A DNA stretch of 31,668 nt from a virus. Its lineage: Duplodnaviria; Caudoviricetes. Each line of letters begins with the position of its first letter. Within the stretch, counting starts at the first letter, position 1. This document shows, piece after piece, positions 17,997 through 26,740 of this stretch. The stretch lies in the IMG/VR virus record IMGVR_UViG_3300010361_000026, positions 1 through 31,668 of that record; one strand, given 5' to 3'. Made by a program: the position numbers and the translations under genes. Under the pieces are notes generated by a model. It did no database searches and was not told the origin of the DNA. It saw only the letters and a program-made list of their open reading frames with translations.

Positions 17997-18368
17997 ATGG
18001 CACAGCACCAGCAAGTAGGCTCTTTTATTTACACGCGGAGCGCTCCCACGTTCGCGGGCTACATAGTGGTTGGCGGCACGTGGCAAGAGGACGATGCCCT
18101 GCAAACCGACGATGTCTTAAACCAAGACGAGCAAACGTTCAATACCACGGGCTGGGATCCCGGTCTTAACGCGCGCTGCGATTTACTTGCGCAAACTACG
18201 ACTGCTGGCACGGCCTCGTTGCTCGTCCTCGATATTATCACGGAGGTCACGCCATCTACGCGGGCATGGCTGGTTAAAAAGGTTAGCAAAAAGTACGCAA
18301 AACGGAAAGTGGTCTTCACGGTAGAATTGCAAAACCGCGCCGCGCAAGACCTCACACAATTCTTTTAA
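17997..18368 (+). CDS. Putative major tail (tube) protein
   Basis: 123-aa beta-rich ORF two genes upstream of tape measure, with its own TTGACA (17952-17957) and an A/C/T-rich leader like the capsid gene's. Confidence 0.55.
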   Translation: MAQHQQVGSFIYTRSAPTFAGYIVVGGTWQEDDALQTDDVLNQDEQTFNTTGWDPGLNARCDLLAQTTTAGTASLLVLDIITEVTPSTRAWLVKKVSKKYAKRKVVFTVELQNRAAQDLTQFF

Positions 18369-18371
18369 AAT

Positions 18372-18989
18372 GTGGATGTGCGCGACGGCTTCGAGTTCAG
18401 GACTGCGGATGACGTGGACGACAGTTTTGCGGAGGCCGTCGTTCACTCCCACCGGCACCGCGTCTTAGGTTTTCGGCTTAAGCCATTCTCGCTTTGGCAC
18501 GCTGCTAATCTCGACTTCTTTGAGAGCCCTTTCCTGGGGCACAAACAGCCGGCTGACATTGCCGCCCTTTACGTTGCCGCGCGTATTTGCCAGCTAAAGT
18601 ACCCTCACGTATTCCGCCGCGGATACCTTGAACGTGCGGTCGAATGGTGGGCAATCTTGCGTTTTAAGGCACTAAAAAGACAGAAAGATCGAGTAAGCTT
18701 CCCTTTGCTGCGCGAGATTGCAAAATTCAGTGCTTACCTACAGGATTACGCATCTCGACCAGAATACATGAGCGGCGAGGACGCCGTGCCCGTTAAATGC
18801 CCATGGTACCTTTACGAGGCGGCGACGCTCAAAACCTACAATCCCCGAATGACATGGTCGCAATGTTGGGATTTTCCCGTGGGCGAGGCTGGCTGGTGCA
18901 ACGCCGCGATGCACGAGGCGCGTGGCATTAAGATTGAACTAGTGACACCTGAATATCGGAAAGCATTCAAAGAGGCTGGTTTAGAATAA
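18372..18989 (+). CDS. Putative tail assembly chaperone
   Basis: Lies between tail tube and tape measure. Start uncertain (GTG 18372 or GTG 18414). Confidence 0.5.
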   Translation: MDVRDGFEFRTADDVDDSFAEAVVHSHRHRVLGFRLKPFSLWHAANLDFFESPFLGHKQPADIAALYVAARICQLKYPHVFRRGYLERAVEWWAILRFKALKRQKDRVSFPLLREIAKFSAYLQDYASRPEYMSGEDAVPVKCPWYLYEAATLKTYNPRMTWSQCWDFPVGEAGWCNAAMHEARGIKIELVTPEYRKAFKEAGLE

Positions 18990-18996
18990 ACTTTTT

Positions 18997-21282
18997 ATGG
19001 CCGAAGATGTTGTCGTAACTGTTGGCACCGACACGAGCGCGGTCACAAAAGGTCTCGCCGACCTCCGCAACCAAGTGAGCCGCACCATGGGCCAGATGCG
19101 CTCCGAGATGGCACAAGCCGTCAGCGTAGGAGGCATAACAGCGGCGTTTACCAGCATCCTCCAGCAAGTCAGAGATATCCACCGCGAATCTGTTCGCTTT
19201 GGCCTTGACGCGCAACAATTCCAAATTTTATCGAACGCGGCAAAAGAGTTTGGACTATCCGGCGAGGTGGTTGCCCGCGGCATGAATAGGCTCACGATCT
19301 CGGTGCAAGAGGCAATCACCAAGGCGGGCCCCATGCGGTCGGCGCTGCACGAGCTAAACATAGACGAAAAAAGCCTCATTGGGCTAAATCCGCAAGAGGT
19401 ATTTTACAAGCTGAGCGACGCGTTAAAGGTTGCGGGATTAAACGGCGACACCTTTACGGCAATCGCGAAGTTAATGAGCGCTCGCTTTGGCACAGAACTC
19501 ATCCCCATGATGCTGCAAGGCAGCGCGGCAATCGATGAGGCTGGGCAATCGATGTCGAGATTCAGTGACATCACGATTGACCGCATCGAACAAGCCCGCA
19601 GGACGCTCGAATCGCTTCGGGCAACCTTAACGACGCAATTAGCCGAATGGATGGGGGCGATCATCGCGCGGTGGCAAGCCATGTGGATGGCCATCGGTGC
19701 GGGCATTGATGTCGTCGTTATCAAAAGCATAGGAGGCTTTAAGGCCCTGGTGGAGGCCGCAAAGTTGCACTTACCTCAAGCCGAGAAAATCTGGGCGGAC
19801 GCACAAAGGCAAGCGCAGGAAGCCACCGATGCAATCCAAAAAGATGTTGATGCGCTCTTGAATCCCCCGGCAGCCACGAAGCCGTCCGGCTTTAAAAATG
19901 TGGCGGCTGACGTAGAGGCGTTAAATCAGAAGCTAGGCGGCACCGCAACCGCTGCGGGTAGCGCCGGGGAGTCGATGGATGCGATGGAGCGCAAAACGCG
20001 CACTAACTTGATGTCGATCATGTCAGATCAGGAAAAGCTCAATACGCTTCTGAAAGAGCAAGCGGCTATTCAGGCGCAAATCACTGCCCTACCTAAGGAT
20101 GATAGACTAAGCACGGTGGATAAACTTAATGCGCTCACCGAGCAGTTAAAGGAGAAGAACAGCGAGATTGCCGTAATTCAGCACAGGATATCCGATGAGG
20201 CGCACTCGCAGTATATCACCGATTTGCAAGATGCGGATGCAATTAACAAAAAGGTGGTAGCCTCGAAAGAGCAAGTAGACTTGACCTTGCTCCAGCAAGC
20301 CGGAGCGACGGACGCCGCGGAACAAAAGCGTCTTGAATTAGGCTACGACAAACAAATCACCGACGCGATCCAAAAAGCAAACGAGGCTTACGCAAAAGGG
20401 GACGCTTACATAGGCGACATGAACACGAAGCTGGCGCAACAATTGGCAACAGAAAAGGCGGTTGCCGTTGCAGCGTTGCAGGCTGCGCAAGTCAGGGAGG
20501 CCGCCTTAAGCGCCATTAACGCGAGCATTGAGCTACAAAAAATGCAGGGCTTAATAGGTTCGGAAACCGCGGCGGCTGAACAACAGTACGTTGATCTCCA
20601 GATCAAATCGCAAACCCTGGGTGCTCAAATTAACGGAGCATTAGCCGTAGGGAACACCGCCCTGGCGGAACAACTTAGCATCTACAAACAAATTACCGAC
20701 CAGCAAGCCATCCAAGCACGAAATGCGGCAGCCGCAAAACAACTATACGAGACCGGCTTCACGGGCTCGATCCCATATAGCGCTCTAGGCTACTTCGCTC
20801 AACACGGTCTCAGCATGGGACCCACTGCTCCCACGTTCACGGCGGCTTTTGCTGCCGCCCGTGGCATTCAACCCGGCACTCCGGAATACAACCGCCTCCT
20901 ACTTCAACAAACTGCGCAAGAGCAGTTGCGAAATTTGACCGGCCAAAACTTGAGCTTTTTCGATCAACTTAACCGCGACAAAATGGTGCAAGCTTTCTCG
21001 GCTACACAAGCGCAACAAGCGCAAAAGGCAGCAGACATAGCCCACCAGCAACAAGTTGCGTTTTGGGGCGCCATCGCACAAGGGCAGATGCCAGCGCCCG
21101 GCAACTTGGCTCAACTAATGTTTGGCATCCCCAATTTCGCCACGGGAAAACTCACGATGCCAGATGCCGGACAAGCGCAACAAATCATACAACTTAACAA
21201 CATAATCACTCTCATGCAGGAGGGCCTAATGGTTCTAGGCGGCATTAATGGAAGATTGACGCCCATACCGGGGCTAATCTAG
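18997..21282 (+). CDS. Tail tape measure protein
   Basis: 761-aa Ala/Gln-rich helical protein with typical N-terminus (VVTVGTDTSAVTKGL, FQILSNAA, FYKLSDAL). Confidence 0.85.
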   Translation: MAEDVVVTVGTDTSAVTKGLADLRNQVSRTMGQMRSEMAQAVSVGGITAAFTSILQQVRDIHRESVRFGLDAQQFQILSNAAKEFGLSGEVVARGMNRLTISVQEAITKAGPMRSALHELNIDEKSLIGLNPQEVFYKLSDALKVAGLNGDTFTAIAKLMSARFGTELIPMMLQGSAAIDEAGQSMSRFSDITIDRIEQARRTLESLRATLTTQLAEWMGAIIARWQAMWMAIGAGIDVVVIKSIGGFKALVEAAKLHLPQAEKIWADAQRQAQEATDAIQKDVDALLNPPAATKPSGFKNVAADVEALNQKLGGTATAAGSAGESMDAMERKTRTNLMSIMSDQEKLNTLLKEQAAIQAQITALPKDDRLSTVDKLNALTEQLKEKNSEIAVIQHRISDEAHSQYITDLQDADAINKKVVASKEQVDLTLLQQAGATDAAEQKRLELGYDKQITDAIQKANEAYAKGDAYIGDMNTKLAQQLATEKAVAVAALQAAQVREAALSAINASIELQKMQGLIGSETAAAEQQYVDLQIKSQTLGAQINGALAVGNTALAEQLSIYKQITDQQAIQARNAAAAKQLYETGFTGSIPYSALGYFAQHGLSMGPTAPTFTAAFAAARGIQPGTPEYNRLLLQQTAQEQLRNLTGQNLSFFDQLNRDKMVQAFSATQAQQAQKAADIAHQQQVAFWGAIAQGQMPAPGNLAQLMFGIPNFATGKLTMPDAGQAQQIIQLNNIITLMQEGLMVLGGINGRLTPIPGLI

Positions 21283-21286
21283 CGTC

Positions 21287-22996
21287 ATGGCTCAACACAC
21301 TAACGTAGGTGCGCACCCTTACACTACGGGCTTGGTTCTTCTCGCAAAGCCCGAGGTTGACACAACCGAGTTCGGGATGAAACAGGGAACATTTCGGTTT
21401 CTGCTCGACAACTCATTGTGGCCAATTCTCGAGCCGCTTCGCGGCATCCCTTGCGGATCTACCGGTTTTGTGGGGGCCGACGCAAATACGATCGGTTTTC
21501 TGAATAGCGTCTCATTCATGGGTGCACAAACGCTAAGATGGAACCGAGGCGGACAATGCCCCGGCGTAGGCATCTTGGAGGTCATGTGTCAAGGGGCCGT
21601 TTTCGCCGGCTCGAGCACTGGACAGCCCGTTGCATCAGTGCCCATCCAATACCGCGGCGCGCGCTACACATCGGCTCCGGCAGTCGTGTTCACCGCAAAT
21701 CCCAGCAGCGATCAAATTACTGCCGCCGTGGCGTCCTCGACAATTGGCGCCGACACCGCCACTAAAGTAAGCGGCGGCAGTGGTTACGCCGTAAACGACA
21801 TCCTAATAGTATCGGGCGGCACTTTTACCATGCCCGTCAAGCTTAAGGTTGACTCAGTTGCCGCAGGAGTTATCGGTAACTTTCACATTCATGATTACGG
21901 CCAATACACCGTGGCACCTAGTAACAATGTCTCCGTGACGGGCGGCGCAGGCACCGGCGCAACGTTCACGATCTATTTCAGCGTCAATAGCGTCACTGTA
22001 ACCAACGGTGGCTTATACAAGAGCCGCCCCACCGCGACTCCATCTGGCGGCAGCCCTCAAAACGCTGCGGTTTTCGGCACGCTAATCATGGGTAATCCGC
22101 AGTCACTCAACGATGGAACGCTTACGGTGCCTTTTCATCAAATCGGCACGGTGAAAGATACTGTGACTTTCACTCTTAGCGACACTGACAATACCGGAAC
22201 AACCACGCTCCATTGCAGGTGCATAACTTATATTGGCGGTCCATTGCCCTACACGCACGTGGTGTCCGGCGGCCAGGACTATTTACAATCATCGACCAAT
22301 TCGGCGTTGCCACCCCTTGATGGGAGCGTAGTCCCGAACGTAGGTGATCGAATATTGGTTGTAAGCTCGGGAACGCCCGACGGCGGAGTTTACTCAGTTA
22401 CCAATTTAGGCGTGCAAGGCGTAACGCCGTGGCGCATGGATAGAGTGCCCGAAATGGATCAGAGCACCGAAGTGAACACAAACGTTTTTGTAGACGTCTC
22501 GGAGGGCGACACCGGCGCCGGCTTGTGGCAATGCACCGTGACGGGCTCTTTTACCATAGACGTTGATCCCATCACATTCGTAAAGGTCAACGGCCCATTT
22601 AACCACACGCCAACGTTCAAGATAACAATCGATTACCACGCCATTGAATTGCACTATGAGTACATGGCGAAAACTTTCGCACCTAAACCCCGTTGGCTGA
22701 GGCACGAGTATCAGCGCAACAGCGATGGTCTCATCATTATCCATCCCGCCGTGGGCGAAGCAATGGTGCTGGATATTGATTCCGTGGTCGCTATCGTGCA
22801 AATCGTAACGCGCGACGCCTCTAACAACATCACGTCGGTCTCGGATGGCTCGCAAGTTACGATCACTGAAGACACTTGGCGCCCACGGGTAAAATACATA
22901 GGCACCACGGCGCAATTTGAGCAAATTCCGGCGGGTCAATATTGGCACGTGCGAGAACAAGCCACGATTAAAATCGTGCCAGACACAGCCCTATGA
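21287..22996 (+). CDS. Tail tip / distal tail protein with inserted domains
   Basis: Follows tape measure; contains GGSGYAVNDIL and GGAGTGATF repeats and a fibre-type domain. Confidence 0.65.
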   Translation: MAQHTNVGAHPYTTGLVLLAKPEVDTTEFGMKQGTFRFLLDNSLWPILEPLRGIPCGSTGFVGADANTIGFLNSVSFMGAQTLRWNRGGQCPGVGILEVMCQGAVFAGSSTGQPVASVPIQYRGARYTSAPAVVFTANPSSDQITAAVASSTIGADTATKVSGGSGYAVNDILIVSGGTFTMPVKLKVDSVAAGVIGNFHIHDYGQYTVAPSNNVSVTGGAGTGATFTIYFSVNSVTVTNGGLYKSRPTATPSGGSPQNAAVFGTLIMGNPQSLNDGTLTVPFHQIGTVKDTVTFTLSDTDNTGTTTLHCRCITYIGGPLPYTHVVSGGQDYLQSSTNSALPPLDGSVVPNVGDRILVVSSGTPDGGVYSVTNLGVQGVTPWRMDRVPEMDQSTEVNTNVFVDVSEGDTGAGLWQCTVTGSFTIDVDPITFVKVNGPFNHTPTFKITIDYHAIELHYEYMAKTFAPKPRWLRHEYQRNSDGLIIIHPAVGEAMVLDIDSVVAIVQIVTRDASNNITSVSDGSQVTITEDTWRPRVKYIGTTAQFEQIPAGQYWHVREQATIKIVPDTAL

Positions 22997-23124
22997 ACGA
23001 GAAATTGAAGCGCGCTATTGAAAAATTACATGAGCTATGGAAGAAGGGCCTCTTCGCAGATAGCCCTGATTTTGTAATCATGAAACTGCCCGACGGCCGC
23101 TACGAAATTCGATTGCGACGGTAG
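22993..23124 (+). CDS. 43-aa LPDGR-module protein (not in the ORF track)
   Basis: MNEKLKRAIEKLHELWKKGLFADSPDFVIMKLPDGRYEIRLRR; ATGA overlap; paralogous to two downstream sequences. Confidence 0.75.
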   Translation: MNEKLKRAIEKLHELWKKGLFADSPDFVIMKLPDGRYEIRLRR

Positions 23125-23132
23125 GTAGGCAA

Positions 23133-24329
23133 ATGTTCAGACGGAAAACCGGCATCATTGCCTCACTGGCCGAAGATCATCTTGCGCGCCGCGTAGCCGC
23201 CATTCTAGATCTTCACCAAAAGGGGATAGTCGTCGATTCTGACCACGTTGTAGCGCAAGCTTTACCGGATGGCCGTATCGCGTTGCGGCTTAAGCACCCG
23301 CGCAAGAAGCGACGCTTGGCGGCGGCGGGGCCGATCTACACGCGAGCATTAACGATTAACCACCTAAAGGTGCCCAGCGACCAAACGGACTTCCCAGTGT
23401 GGGTAACCTTTACAGACCCCACGCTAAAAACCCTCGCAAATGGCGGCCACGTCCACAATGCGAGCGGCTACGACATCGGCTTTTATTTAGATTCCGGGGG
23501 CGCCACAAAACTGAAATGGGAGATCGAGCGTTACAACGGCACACTCGGCGAAGTGGACGCCTGGGCGAAAATCGGAACAGTTAGCAGCCTCAATGACGTG
23601 GTATTTTATATGCGCTATGGCGACGCATCTATCTCCACCGATCAATCTGATCCCGTCAACACTTGGTCGAACGGTTTTGCGGCCGTATATCATTTTAAGG
23701 ACGGCATTATTTTGAGCACTGCGGACAGCCTCGGCGCGTTCAACATGACCTCAACTAATTCGCCCGCCGCTACGGCTGGACAGCTTGACGGCGCGATCGG
23801 CCTAACGTCGTCGAGCAGCCAGCACGTTGAAACACCAAGCAACGGGCCAGCGCCAGCCGCGCTCACGTTGTCCGCGTGGCTTAAAGGCACGACTTTTCCG
23901 AATGATTACAATGGGGTGATCACCAAAGGCGTCGCAAGTACTGATTATTGGGGATTTTTTGTGAAAAGTAGCGGTAAATTGTATTGCAGGGTAACCGGAA
24001 CGGGCGTGAGCAGCTACGACGGCACGGGATCCCACACGCTATCTACCGGCACGTGGTATTTTGTTGCAGTGACTTACAACAGCACTTTGGGACTCGTGGG
24101 CTATGTGAACGCTGTCTCAGATAACACAGCCGCGGCTAGCGGCGCTGCAACGAACGCCGGCGCTGCAAGCGGCGTTGGATTCCAAAGATCAACGGGCACG
24201 CGATTTTTCAATGGCGTCATCGACGAGGCACGCATTTGCAGCGTGGCCCGCGCCCAAGATTGGATCACAACTGAATACAACAACCAGTCCTCGCCGTCGA
24301 CATTCATCACGGTCGGACCAGAACAATAA
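23133..24329 (+). CDS. LPDGR module + DUF2341-like + LamG/concanavalin-like protein (candidate receptor-binding protein)
   Basis: TDFPVWV..GYDIGF..LKWEIE..FYMRYG (DUF2341-like); TLSAW..WYFVAVTYN..YVN..FNGVIDEARI..EYNNQ (LamG). Confidence 0.85.
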   Translation: MFRRKTGIIASLAEDHLARRVAAILDLHQKGIVVDSDHVVAQALPDGRIALRLKHPRKKRRLAAAGPIYTRALTINHLKVPSDQTDFPVWVTFTDPTLKTLANGGHVHNASGYDIGFYLDSGGATKLKWEIERYNGTLGEVDAWAKIGTVSSLNDVVFYMRYGDASISTDQSDPVNTWSNGFAAVYHFKDGIILSTADSLGAFNMTSTNSPAATAGQLDGAIGLTSSSSQHVETPSNGPAPAALTLSAWLKGTTFPNDYNGVITKGVASTDYWGFFVKSSGKLYCRVTGTGVSSYDGTGSHTLSTGTWYFVAVTYNSTLGLVGYVNAVSDNTAAASGAATNAGAASGVGFQRSTGTRFFNGVIDEARICSVARAQDWITTEYNNQSSPSTFITVGPEQ

Positions 24330-24342
24330 AAGGCACGCGACT

Positions 24343-24531
24343 ATGCAAAAGAAACTAATCAAACCATCCGCCGCGACGGGGATTAAGGCTGCGCCATACC
24401 AACGTGTTTTAGCCGTAAAAGTTGAGACCATTGCGGACATAATCGAGCGAGGTCTAATTGTCGATTCAGACGATGTGGTCGTTCAAAAACTTCCCGACGG
24501 TCGTGTCTCTTTGCGCTTGCGCAATCCATAA
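24343..24531 (+). CDS. 62-aa LPDGR-module protein
   Basis: From ATG 24343: ...IIERGLIVDSDDVVVQKLPDGRVSLRLRNP. Confidence 0.75.
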   Translation: MQKKLIKPSAATGIKAAPYQRVLAVKVETIADIIERGLIVDSDDVVVQKLPDGRVSLRLRNP

Positions 24532-24538
24532 GGGCTTT

Positions 24539-24544
24539 TTGACA
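24539..24544 (+). promoter_or_regulatory. YTTGACA motif 17 nt before ATG 24562
   Basis: Intergenic tTTGACAccgtagctctccacgatATG. Confidence 0.55.
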
Positions 24545-24561
24545 CCGTAGCTCTCCACGAT

Positions 24562-24927
24562 ATGGCAGCAAACGCAACTAGAAGCGTTACCACTCAATAC
24601 ACCGGCGACGTTGTAGGCACAGAGGTGTTTACTTCAACCACCAACGTGACCTCCCCAGCGTGCATCACGCTCCACAACTTGGCGTCTGGCTCGAATACGA
24701 TTACGCCGCCGCCGTTTGGCTCGGCTGGCGGGATTAGTCTTGCGGGCGTAACTATAATCCCACCGGTCGGCAACACGGCGGGCATCACGTTAAAAGGCGT
24801 AGCTGGCGACACCGGTTTCGCGCTGCATAAAACCGATCCGACGTCTTTGGGATTGGACTCTGGCCTTACCGCATTCGTGTTGGGCGCCACGGCTGCAATC
24901 ACTGGCGTTCGATGCTTTTGGACGTAA
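24562..24927 (+). CDS. Hypothetical Thr/Gly-rich protein, possibly virion-associated
   Basis: 121-aa ORF with composition like the structural proteins. Confidence 0.65.
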   Translation: MAANATRSVTTQYTGDVVGTEVFTSTTNVTSPACITLHNLASGSNTITPPPFGSAGGISLAGVTIIPPVGNTAGITLKGVAGDTGFALHKTDPTSLGLDSGLTAFVLGATAAITGVRCFWT

Positions 24928-24931
24928 TCCC

Positions 24932-25318
24932 GTGGCCGGGGAGGCGAATAACAGCGCACCTAAAGCCAACGGCATTGGCGGTATCCTAACCTCGCTGGTC
25001 AATAAAGGCGACAAAAGCGTGCAACTTGTTGTTGCGGTCATCCTTATCGTAAACACCTACATGACAAATAACAACGGCAAGGGCATTAGAGATGCAGACC
25101 GGCGCCTCGATCAGCTTAGACTATCAATGGCAAGGCAAGTGAAAAGCGTCTATGATAACCAGAATTTCTTGTTCGATTTCGTGGACGAAGTTCGAGGTAG
25201 CCAAGATCGAATTCAGACCAAGCTTGGCGTTGCGCATCCAGCGTTCACGCCTTACCCGAGACAGATAATTCCAGAGTTCCAAGATTACATCCATCCATAC
25301 TATGACACCCAAAGGTAA
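24932..25318 (+). CDS. Single-TM protein before the lysin (holin candidate)
   Basis: Hydrophobic VQLVVAVILIVNTYM followed by a coiled-coil-like region; position before the lysin. Confidence 0.45.
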   Translation: MAGEANNSAPKANGIGGILTSLVNKGDKSVQLVVAVILIVNTYMTNNNGKGIRDADRRLDQLRLSMARQVKSVYDNQNFLFDFVDEVRGSQDRIQTKLGVAHPAFTPYPRQIIPEFQDYIHPYYDTQR

Positions 25319-25808
25319 AGCGCACATCAAAGCGCACAAGCTCGAGCCGCTGCTCACCATCGGCTCAGTCATCATTTACACCTCGCCCGGCGGCGATTAC
25401 GTCTGTTTTGTTAGCGACCTTGACGTCTGCACCGACGGCACGGGAGATGATCATGGCGACCCTTATTATCAAAGCCAGACCGCCTATTACAACAACGGCA
25501 AATTTTTAAACGCCGACAAGGACAAATACATCGTGGTCCCTCCGCAAATCCGCTCAATGGTGCCGCCCGTAGTAATGGGATGCCAAGGCAAGTTAACGAG
25601 GTTGGACAGCATGGCGCACAGCGCCGCGGTGGTGGGAGAGATTGGCCCCAGCGACAAGACTGGCGAGGCAGCAATTTGCTTGGCAAAGTTGATGGATCCA
25701 AAGGTAACGGCCAATAGCGGCGACTCTAGGTTGATTTACTTTTACGAGCTATGGCCCGGCAAAGCCGCAGTGGTGGATGGCAAAAAATACAAGCTTGAAC
25801 CCGCGTGA
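25302..25808 (+). CDS. GH75 chitosanase-like hydrolase, putative endolysin
   Basis: DLDVCTDG..DPYYQSQT..LNA..YIVVP..AVVGEIGP..GEAA..LA matches the GH75 pattern; located after the tail genes. Confidence 0.75.
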   Translation: MTPKGKAHIKAHKLEPLLTIGSVIIYTSPGGDYVCFVSDLDVCTDGTGDDHGDPYYQSQTAYYNNGKFLNADKDKYIVVPPQIRSMVPPVVMGCQGKLTRLDSMAHSAAVVGEIGPSDKTGEAAICLAKLMDPKVTANSGDSRLIYFYELWPGKAAVVDGKKYKLEPA

Positions 25809-25891
25809 ATAACAATTATGGATGGTTCTGGTGGCTCTTGCTCGCCGCGGCGGTTGCGGTCACTGTAATCGTGTGGTTTTTGCGACTTTGA
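25805..25891 (+). CDS. 28-aa transmembrane peptide (not in the ORF track)
   Basis: GTG 25805 overlaps the lysin stop: MNNNYGWFWWLLLAAAVAVTVIVWFLRL. Confidence 0.55.
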   Translation: MNNNYGWFWWLLLAAAVAVTVIVWFLRL

Positions 25892-25896
25892 CATCT

Positions 25897-26343
25897 ATGA
25901 GCCCAACAGATTTTGCTCACGCATCGGAGAGCGTTAAGGCTCTCAATCCTGACTTTTTTGGCGCGCCGCTCGAAGCCGAATCTCGCGGCAACGCTCTACT
26001 TGCGCAGGGCGTCGGCGCGCCTCTCCCTTCTCGCGACCGAATGAATAAGACCGAACGCGAATTCGGCGCAATCCTTGAGGCCATGAAGCGCGGCGGCGAG
26101 ATCGTGCGCTACGAATACGAGGGCTTAAGCTTGCGGTGGTCGGGGATGCGCTACACGCCGGACTTTGTTGTGATCTTAGGCGAGGTGCAGCGGATGGCTT
26201 GCGGCATTAGACTAATCGAAGTCAAGGGCCCTCACATTTGGGACAGAGACATCGTGCGCTTCAAGGGTGCGCGAGCTTATTGGCCAGAGTTCGCCTTCGA
26301 GATGTGGCAAAAAGCGCGAGGCGAGTGGCGCCGTCTATTTTGA
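25897..26343 (+). CDS. PD-(D/E)xK nuclease, DUF1064-like
   Basis: MNKTE..GEI..YE..RYTPDF..LIEVKG motif. Start probably ATG 25897. Confidence 0.8.
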   Translation: MSPTDFAHASESVKALNPDFFGAPLEAESRGNALLAQGVGAPLPSRDRMNKTEREFGAILEAMKRGGEIVRYEYEGLSLRWSGMRYTPDFVVILGEVQRMACGIRLIEVKGPHIWDRDIVRFKGARAYWPEFAFEMWQKARGEWRRLF

Positions 26344-26556
26344 TCGATTTTTTAGATCGTCAATCGCCGTTTGAATCTCGTCCGGGATTTCGGCGTCTTG
26401 ATTTCCCACCGTTGCGAATTGCCTCCGCAACGAGTCGGCCTCCACGATAGGAGCGGGCGTTCCAATCAGTTTGCTGAGTTCCTCGGTCGCCTCTTTGTAG
26501 GTGAGGTTTTTTTTCTTTTCCGCTGAATGTTCTGAATGTTCTTTTGGGTGTGCCAT
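26335..26556 (-). CDS. Hypothetical protein
   Basis: 73-aa ORF with TTGACA (26576-26571) 14 nt before its ATG. Confidence 0.6.
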   Translation of the reverse strand: MAHPKEHSEHSAEKKKNLTYKEATEELSKLIGTPAPIVEADSLRRQFATVGNQDAEIPDEIQTAIDDLKNRSK

Positions 26557-26599
26557 AACTTTTTGCTTAATGTCAAAGGAATTGGCATGAAAAAGCTTT

Positions 26600-26740
26600 A
26601 AGCATATTGGGTGCCACTCTGCCCAATGCGCTTAAAAAATAGTCAAAAATAACTCTTGCGCTTTATTATGCTAGGTCTATAGTGGTGTCATGATGAACAA
26701 AGCTAAGAACAACAAAGACGCTGCTCGCGATGCAGAGCAA
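26600..26740 (+). repeat. Diverged ~140-bp promoter-plus-N-terminus repeat, copy A
   Basis: Shares GGGTGCCAC, TCAAAAATA, TTGCG, TTATGCTAGGT, CATGAT, AAGAACAAC and CGCGATGCAG.GCAA with 28083-28222. Confidence 0.8.
26656..26683 (+). promoter_or_regulatory. Sigma70-type promoter, leaderless
   Basis: TTGCGC-N16-TATAGT-N6-ATG with an AT-rich upstream region. Confidence 0.65.

Noticed and set aside
18372-18989. Programmed frameshift in the tail assembly chaperone
   Set aside because: One ORF spans the whole gap to tape measure; there is no second overlapping frame or convincing slippery heptamer.
22993-23133. Stop-codon read-through or recoding joining the 43-aa gene to the LamG gene
   Set aside because: The two are in different frames, and all three stop codons end genes normally elsewhere in the window.
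2129-24959. Many long antisense or alternate-frame ORFs in the track (e.g. 2129-2623, 10941-11486, 22406-22960)
   Set aside because: They shadow well-supported + strand genes and have no recognisable motifs or start signals.
25888-25893. TTGACA before the nuclease gene
   Set aside because: It is only 3 nt from the ATG and contains the stop codon of the 28-aa peptide gene, so it is probably coincidental.
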